Shown: positions 51,253 to 59,440 of the stretch, piece by piece
How the letters are laid out: each line of letters starts with the position of its first letter
Numbering within the stretch: position 1 is the stretch's first letter
Assembly: GCA_013265495.1 (NCBI GenBank)
Contig: MU058384.1
Span: 4,015,239 to 4,079,238, forward strand
Source of the DNA: Vicugna vicugna
Taxonomy: Eukaryota
Length of the DNA: 64,000 bases
Reading direction: 5' to 3'
Translations under genes and position numbers: made by a program
Notes under the pieces: generated by a model
What the model saw: only the letters and a program-made list of their open reading frames with translations
Database searches by the model: none
Told to the model about the DNA's origin: nothing

Positions 51253-52356
51253 GAGCCCATTCTTTTTTTTTAATTGGAATTTGCAAAAATTAGCTTTTAT
51301 TCAGACATTTTATGATAATTTTGTAAACTTTAAAAAATTATTGAGGTATAGTTGATGTACAATATTATATAAGTTTCAGGTGTACAACAGTGATTTTTAA
51401 AAGTTATATTTCATTTATAGTTATTATAAAATATTGCCTCTATTCCCCATGTTGTAAAATATGTCCTGGCAGCTTATTTATTTTATACATAATAGTTTGT
51501 ACCTCTCAGTCTCCTACCCCTATTTGCTCTTCCCCCAGGACTACACATTCTTTATTGCAGCCACTCAGCTCTGCTGTTGTCAGAAGAAAGTAGACATGGA
51601 TAACACACAAATGAATGGGCCTGGCTGTGTTGCAATGGAACTTTGTTTACAAAAGCAGGCTGAGGGCTCCATTTGGCCTGTGGGCTTGCCCACCCCTGGC
51701 TCAAGGCAACAGCTAGCCTAGAGCTAGCCTTAATGTGAACATTCTCTCTTTTGGAATTTCCAATTCACTTCATTCTAGTCCTAAAAAAGCCTGATCTGAC
51801 AAGAATAACAAACACCTGGCAGCCCTCCTTTCCAGGTCTCATGCTGGGCTGTCACTGGATTCTAGACCACTCTGCTCTCTGTGGACTGAGGCGAGGGGTC
51901 CTGAGACAGCAGGACTGGGTGAGGGCACTGGGGCAGTGCTCCATTTATTCCATGTCCTTCATAGAAAACAAAGAGACATTGCTGGCGATGATGGTCAGTC
52001 AGTCCAATAGTCTACCAGCACTTTGGGTTGATTAGCTGATGAAATTTCAGCATGAAGTATGAAGGTGAGAAAGCCCTGACTATGATCAGAAAGAGGGGCT
52101 GTCTTCCCAGATGAAATATCACCTCACCTGTCTTCCCAGAATGAATGGTAATGCGGTCTAAACAGTTTGTTTTGACTATAAAATCATTCCTAAAGTGACA
52201 GAATTAGAATGAACTGGGATCTGTGACTTTAACTACACAGGTAGGCAAAAACCCTCTGGTCTCTGAGGGCTTCCTACTTTGCTTCAGTGTCTCATAGTCT
52301 CAACCCTCTGTCCCTACTCATAATCCCTTCTGAAGCTCTGCTCTCTGGTGTCCTCA

Positions 52357-52991
52357 TGATGCAGGAAAACAGATGTGGGGCATGAGGAGGGCCATGTCCC
52401 AGGTCTTGGTGGAGCCCCTGGGACGTGCCCCGTCAGGTGTGGGTCCTTGGCTTCATGCAGGAAAGAATTCAAGTGCGAGCCACAGCTGAGTAAAGGTAGA
52501 TTTATTTAAAGATATACATACTGCATAGAGTGTAAGGCAAGGAAAGAGGTGTGGAAATTAGGTGCTCAAGTTAAAGAAAAAGTAGGTACACACTCCATAG
52601 ACAGAGCACAGGCCATCTCCAAAAGGGAAGGAGCAGAAAAAAGGCAGCTAGGCGTGGTGGTGCCAGTTTTTATGGGCTCGGTAGCTTTACATGCCTACAG
52701 GTGGGACCATTCCAACTACCCTGGGGAAGGGGCTGGGATTTCCAGGAATTGGGCTACTGCCCATTCTTTGGCTATTTGTGGTTAGTCTTGGGACTGTCAT
52801 GGTGCCTGCAGGCATGTTATTTATCACACTATTACAATGAACATATAATGAAGCTCAAGGTCTACTAGAAGTCAAACCTCCTGCCATCTTAATCCTCAAG
52901 GCCAAATGGGAGTTGACTCTTCCACCATTTTGGTGTTAAGTTGCTGTCATTTCTTGAATAGCTGTGCCCTGTCCCCTTCCATCCTGTCTCA
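52357..52991 (-). mobile_element. ERV1-class solo LTR
   Basis: TG...CA ends with a 4-bp TSD ctca (52353-52356 / 52992-52995). Minus-strand AATAAA at 52501-52506. Confidence 0.82.
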
Positions 52992-53370
52992 CTCACACAC
53001 CACCCCCTGCGCCTATCCTTACTGGAGAACTTTCTAGAATAGATCTCATATTTTGCCATTAACTCTCAACTTTGGTGATTGCTGAGAGTGGCTTTCCTCA
53101 TTCTATGTTTCACTGGCTCTAAAAAAAGAGGGAGAGCTGTGGTCCCTTGCAGATGTTGGAGGGGCAGTGGCAAGTGATCAGATTTCAGTTCAGTCTTTCC
53201 ACCAGAGAAGGCTGCAGCCAGTCCTCCTCAAGTCACCTAGGGGCACATCCAACTGCATCTGCAAACATTAATTTTCCCCATTGTTCAGATCCATCATATT
53301 TCTCCTGAAATGACTTTTACCGTATCTGCGGAATAATAGCCCAAGCTTATCCTGTTAAAAAGCATTTCTT

Positions 53371-53524
53371 AGAGGGGAGGGTATAGCTCAAGTGGTAGAG
53401 CACATGCTTAGCATACATGAGGTCCTGGGTTCAATCCACAGTATATCCTCTAAAAAAATAAATAAACAAGCAAACCTAATTACCTCTCCCCCCCAAAATT
53501 TTTAATTTTTTAAAAAATTTTTAA
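53371..53524 (+). mobile_element. tRNA-derived camelid-type SINE
   Basis: ggggagggtatagctcaagtggtagagcacatgcttagcat...gggttcaatcc. TSD aaaaagcatttctt at 53357-53370 and 53525-53538. Confidence 0.93.
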
Positions 53525-53596
53525 AAAAAGCATTTCTTTCTTGAGCTTATTTACAATATAAGGACCATTTAATCAACTGGGAATGGGTCTATTACA

Positions 53597-53785
53597 ATAG
53601 TTCTCAAACTTGAGTGTACATTCCAGTCACCTGGAGGGTCTGCTAAACCACGACTTGCTGGACCTCATCCCAGAATTTCTAATTCAGTAGTTCTGTGACA
53701 AAACCTGAGAATTTCCAGGTCTAATAAGTGCCCAGGTGAGGCTGCTGCTGCTGGGTTCCAGGACCATTCACTTTATTAGAACCAC
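53597..53785. mobile_element. MER5A-like DNA transposon
   Basis: agttctcaaacttgagtgtacat...tcacctggagg...tctaattcagtag...ctgagaattt...cccaggtgaggctg...agaaccac matches the MER5A layout. Confidence 0.75.
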
Positions 53786-53791
53786 CTGGGA

Positions 53792-53916
53792 GGGGGGAGG
53801 ATCTAGCTCAAGTGATAGAGCACATGCTTAGTATGCAGGAGGTCCTGGGTTCAATCCCCAGTACCTCCTCTAAAAATAAATAAATAAACCTAGTTATCTC
53901 CCTCCCCCCCAAAAAA
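53792..53916 (+). mobile_element. tRNA-derived camelid-type SINE
   Basis: Same SINE body as 53371. TSD agaaccacctggga at 53778-53791 and 53917-53930. Confidence 0.93.
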
Positions 53917-55639
53917 AGAACCACCTGGGACAAATGGTGAGCACCCTCCCACCCCCTGATAGAAGGAGAAAGGAGCATCTCAGTTCACATGACTACACTG
54001 GAAATAACAAGTTGCATTCAAAATGCTGCACAACTGAGTGCAGATCACCAGTGTATGGACACCAGGCTCGAGAAGCTCAGCTTTAAACTGTTGACTGAAG
54101 GGAGGGAGGGTCTGGATTACTTACCCCAGAGGCAAAAATGCTGTCAACTGGGCAGAATGCCAGAACTAGTATCTTTCTAAGTGTCAGATCCTTTTGAAGA
54201 AGACTTCTTGAAAATTAAATGTTTCTTTAAATAGACCTGGGACAACCACTCATTCCCATATTTTTTCTGATCTATGCAATGACAAAGCCTGATGTTTTGA
54301 TGAAATATAGATTTTAGTTTTATAAGTTACTTGATGTGAAGTTACTTGTGTTCATTGAGAATTCATTTCCTATCATTATTTTCATAAATATATAATACTT
54401 CATTTCTTTGCCCAAGGAACAATATATCAATAAATATTTGTTGAATGAATATTCAACATTATAAAACTGAATATAATTCTTGCATAGTCCTGTTGGCTAA
54501 GTAAGAAGGATAGACATAGTGCTAAAAACTCCGAGTTGTAGAGGGGAGGGTAACAAAGGGATAGACGTTCAGAAGGAAAGTGTAGCGGGGAGAGGTGCTA
54601 TTTTGCCAAGGAACTTCCAGCATGGTCTCTGTTTATGACTTTGGTTATATAGATGATTGCACCTGAATGTGCAGCCAAAGGGTTAAATGGGACTGAGATT
54701 CAGCCTGCACTCTGTTCACCTGCTCATCAAGCCATGTACCTGAGCATGGGGTTGCCACGGTCCAAGGAAAGAGTAGATTTGCCTAATCTCAAAGTATCCA
54801 ATGAGCTACTGTCAGCCCAGCTTCCTTGTGTCAGGATTTTTCTCCAGGAGTCACTAGTCATCAGTCAGCTTGTGAATGTTCATAGGATCACTCATTTTTT
54901 CACATGAACACTATGTGTATAGAACCCCATGGTGGACTTCCAAGAGTTCTTTCCTGCCATTCCCCCATTAGCAAGAGATTGGACTCTTTTTTGAAAGCTT
55001 TCTGTAAACACTGATGGACAGCTTTGCTTTTGCATTCAGGAATCCTGGGAAGGCTAGACAAATGATCCTCAGAGGAATCTTACCCTATTTAACAGCTGGA
55101 GCCTGATATTCCAATTTAACTTCATCTTTTTAACCCAAGGCATGTTGAAATGGAAAAAATAATGATGAATTATTCTGCTGTCGGCACATTGCTGTTAGCA
55201 CCCTGTGGTTATGTGTGTCACAGTACTTAGAAGAGAACATTATGGATTTACTTGGCAAGCCATTTCTCTTATCCAAAACTCTGGGTCTTCTTATTTTTGG
55301 TAATTTCCTTTTCCCCAGTACTTCCTATAGTCTCTGTTACATAGTAGGCCCTGTGTTCTGTGTTCATAACCTCACAAATTTATTCTTAAGATACACTACA
55401 GAGGAATTTGATTTCTGATTTTCTGATCTAGATGATGGACCCAACTTAGTTCTCCACGTCTTCAGATTTATAGATATCTTATCACCTGTAATAAAAATCA
55501 CTTCATGGAATATGGTTTATGTCATTGCTATCTGCTTCCATCATTTGACTTTGCAGTTTTTTTTTTTCTTCAAATGAGCTTTAAGATTCTATTCTAGTAG
55601 ATATTACTTTCATTGCCTTTCTTAATATTTTGGGCATTT

Positions 55640-56995
55640 GATCTGGCAGTATCCACTAAAATATATCCTCCCCTATATGGTACAATGGCTAGCAAATGGC
55701 TGTTCATCAAGGACTACATTTCCCAGCCTCCATTGCATTAAGTTGTGGTCATGTGACTGGTTCACGCCAATAAAATATGATCAGAAATGAGGTCTTCTTC
55801 TTCTAGGCCAATATAAAAACAAGTATACTTCCTCCATGTTCTCCTTTTGCCAGCTAGCACAAGGCAACAATGAGGCCATACATAGGGTTAATCTTTATTG
55901 CACCATGGCTTCCTCTGGCACACTTTAGAAGCCTCTGGATTTCTTTGCAGAATGTTTTTTTAAATGTATACTAGAATTATAAAGGGAAAAAATTATATTG
56001 AATATGATTATTAGAATATTTAGAAAATTAGTGATATGATAATGTGTGTGTATATTCATTATCTATTGTTATATCACAAATTATCCCCAAAATTTTCACC
56101 TTAAAACATTTTTTCATGGTTTCTGTGGGTCAGGAGCAGCTTAGCTGGGTGGTTGTGGCCCAGAGTCTTTCAAAAGGGTACATTAAGGTGACAACTAGGG
56201 ACACAATCATCTGGAAGCTTGACTGAGGAAAGATTCATTGCCAAGTTTGCTCAAATGGCTGCTGGCAGGCTTCAGTCCTTTGTCATATTGACCTCTCCAT
56301 AGAGTTGCCTCATGTCATGACAGCCTGACTTCCCCCAGAGCAAGTGCTCCGAGAGAGGACACAGAACCCATCAAATTTTTATAGCCTAATCTCAGAAATG
56401 ATATCAAATCACTTCTGCCATATTCTATTCATTGGAAGAGGATTACACAAAGGCATGAATGCCAGAAAACTGGGGCCATCCTAAAGGCTGCCTACCACAG
56501 TGAAGTTTTTGTTTTTGTTTTGTATTAAAGTACAAGACCTAGGGAGAATAACCACTGCAATTTTGAAAGAGCACTGAGTATAAATGATTCTTTGAAAGCT
56601 CTGCAACAACAGTGATGATAAAGAAAATGTGATTTCTGTTTGTTGCAAAGGGGCAAGTGCTGCTCATACTTCTGTGGTTTTTGCCTACATTCACAATTAA
56701 AGGAAACGATACATTTTGGTTCAAAGTTAACAGGGATGGAATGTTTCCTACACAAGCACTCCGGCAGTCCTGAATTCTATGCGTGAATCCTTTGGAGATT
56801 GGTGAAATCTTGAGTTCTATACATGGGCCCTATGAGATTGGGGAGCCACAGATAGCTTAGGGCCCCAAATCACTGCTTGAGAAAATATTTACCAACCTAA
56901 TATAGTGCAATTGCCTTGAACTGTTGAGAAAGGAAAAGCCTCTATTCCACATGAGCCACTATATATTTTAGAGTCTGTTTGTTACTACAGCCTAG
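55640..56995. mobile_element. Nested old repeats: MLT1-like LTR > Charlie4a-like transposon (~55881-56833) > MLT1-like LTR (~56065-56500)
   Basis: Inverted termini catagg...cctatg and Charlie4a-like words (ctgcaacaac; ctgtggtttttgcctacattcacaatt). MLT1 words occur inside and on both sides. Confidence 0.55.
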
Positions 56996-57934
56996 CCTAT
57001 ATTCCCTAGAACATTTGCCAATTAATTACAATATCATTACTACTTTCTTCATTTTGTCCTTCAACATACACTCTTGAGTAAAATTTCAAGTTACTTTTGT
57101 GTTAAATTCCATATATGTACCTGCTATTGTAGAACATTCATCTCATTCCACTAACATCTAATTCACTAATTTAATATGTACTGAAGACATATGGAGATTA
57201 AGTTATATTTTTCCAGTGACTTTTACTCTATTTTCCCCCTCCACTTTTCAGTTTTATACACCATATGGTACCCAGTTAAATCCCTACGAATAAACTGTAA
57301 ATGACCAATAATGATAAATATTTTTATGGCTCTTGCTCCTAAATGATATTTAAGCATGTTGATGAACTTTTTTTCAAACAATGAGCATCTCACCGTGCAG
57401 AGGGGAACAGATCATCTTATATGCCATTGCCAGAAAAATCTCCCTGGAATAATTGATGGAAACTGGTATGTCTTGTCAAAGCTACTGGGAGGGTTTGTGT
57501 TAGTAGAAATTAATCTAGCTACAGTACAATGTTAAGCTTTTGTTTGTTTTTTTGTTTGTCAAGGAGATAAAAAAAAATAATGGCACAAACACTAGAAAAA
57601 CAAAGTCAGGTCCATGATTTTACAATCCTTTCTAAAACGGAATTAAAAAATAAGCCAGTGGTGTTATTTAACCTAACTAGCCAAATTGTATGTAGTAACA
57701 AAACAAATTTTGAAAATAACTGTCTTGCAAAAGATCAAGCCATTTTTTGGCATATATATCATGATTGATTGGAATTCAGTATATAGGTTCCTTTTAAATG
57801 GAAGCAAACAATTTAACATTTATTGTTTTCTCACTGAACTACAGTACTCTCTTTTTTGCGCAAGAGAAAATTCATGAAACAAAAAAGAAATATAGGAATC
57901 ATTAGGAAAACAGAAGAGAAAAATAAACAAACTT

Positions 57935-58130
57935 GGTGGGGAGGGTGTAGCGCAGTGGAAGAGCGCGTGCTTAGCATGCACAAGGTCCTGGGTTCAATCC
58001 CCAGGCCCTCCTCTGAAAAATAAATAAGTAAACCTAATCACTGTGCCCCGCCCCGGAAAAAAATAAAATAAAAAAATTAAAGACAACAACCTGGATGAAC
58101 CTGGGAGCTAATCTATTAAAAAAAATGAAA
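57935..58130 (+). mobile_element. Camelid-type SINE with extended tail
   Basis: ggtggggagggtgtagcgcagtggaagagcgcgtgcttagcatgcacaaggtcctgggttcaatcccc. TSD aaaaataaacaaactt ending at 57934 and 58148. CpGs are retained, suggesting a young copy. Confidence 0.92.
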
Positions 58131-58774
58131 AAAAAAATAAACAAACTTAAAGATTCTCTCTGAAAGCAAATATCCCTCTAGCAATAATTTAAAATTAGGT
58201 TTATCAACAATGTAATTCACTAACAGATATTTTATTTTTCTCTGTTGAAGTAGTTTTGAACCTGAATAAGAACCACATATAACAAAACATCCTTCCTTAG
58301 TTCTTAGCTCCTCATTATCTTACACAATTCAAGTAAAATTAAATGATCTAAAATTAAAAGAAAAATTTTGTATTATAAAAGTGCACTTATTGTAGAAATT
58401 TTAGAAAATACAGAAAAGTAAAGGAAGAAAATTGTTTAAAAATCACCTATAATGTAGGCATCCAAATAGAAATACAGTATCATTTTGAGGTTTATTCTTC
58501 TTGGCTATTTCTGTACAAATATACACATAATTTTTTTAATGAGAGTTTTTAAAGGATTTTTTCCCATAATTCTCACTTGGATTAACTAATGGATAAAATA
58601 AAGAGACAATCTTGTCTTCATAGAGTTTTTCAAAAATGCATTGTTATTATTGTATTTTCTTTGTGATGTTCACTAGGACCAAGCTAACATTATTTTTCTC
58701 TGAAGTTTAGTGATTGTTTTCCTGAAGAGGTGGTAGCTAAGCAGCCATAAGACCTTTGCCTTTTTAAGGAACCT

Positions 58775-59440
58775 TCCACTTTGTTGGTGGGAATATAAAT
58801 TGGTGCAGCCACTATGGAGGACAGTATGGAAGTTCCTTAAAAAACTAAAAATAGACTTACCATATGATCCGGCAATCCCATTCCTGGGCACATATCTGGA
58901 GAAAACCATAATTAGAAAAGACACATGGACTCCAATGTTCACAGCAGCACTATTTACAATAGCCAAGACATGGAAACAACCTAAATGTCCATCAACAGAT
59001 GACTGGATAAAGAAGATGTAGTATATATATACAATGGAATATTATCAGCCGTAAAAAAGAATGAAACAATGCCTTTTGTAGCAACATGGATGGACCTAGA
59101 GATTATCATATTAAGTGAAGTAAGTCAGACAAAGACAAATATTATATGATGTTGCTTATATGTGGAATCTAAAAAAATAAATACAAATTTTATATACAAA
59201 CCGGAAATAGGCTTATGGACATAGAAGACAAACTGTGGTTACCAGGGGAAAAAGGGAGTGGGACAGGATAGATAGGAGTTTGGGATTAATAGATGCACAT
59301 TACCATATCTAAAATAGATAAACAACACAGACCTACTGTATAGCACAGGGAACTGTATTCAACTTCTTATAGTGAGCTGTAATGGAAAAGAATCTGAAAA
59401 AAATATGTGTCTGTATATATTAAAAAACCAAACCAAAACT
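58775..59440 (+). mobile_element. L1 3' end
   Basis: ORF 58800..59021 ([29 protein letters not shown]...[15 protein letters not shown]) is the ORF2 C-terminus, followed by a 3'UTR. Confidence 0.92.

Larger units (their letters stand above)
50083..51257 (-). pseudogene. TXN: Processed thioredoxin (TXN) pseudogene; CDS remnant 50689->50226, interrupted by a SINE and an LTR
   Basis: Minus strand reads [100 protein letters not shown]. It is intronless, with 5'UTR, 3'UTR and poly(A) (50083-50090). TSD cattcttttt at 50078 and 51258. Three frameshifts. Confidence 0.95.
49678..51698 (+). mobile_element. MER58A-like hAT transposon split by nested insertions (halves ~49678-49733 and ~51537-51698)
   Basis: Left half ...aaaggccagatagaaaatagtttaggcttt and right half ...aatgaatgggcctggctgtgttgcaatggaactttgtttacaaaagcaggc...cccacccctg are consecutive parts of the MER58A consensus as I recall it. 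Confidence 0.7.

Noticed and set aside
53371..53450. tRNA-like sequences with A and B boxes (also ~2740, ~15600, ~50350, ~53800, ~57940)
   Set aside because: They have SINE tails, A tracts and TSDs, so they are tRNA-derived SINEs rather than tRNA genes.
56525..56755. Cys-rich minus-strand ORF (CRKHSIPVNFEPKC...HHCCCRAFK) lying within the putative exon chain
   Set aside because: It falls inside a Charlie4a-like DNA transposon remnant and has no convincing splice sites, so it is probably a chance ORF.
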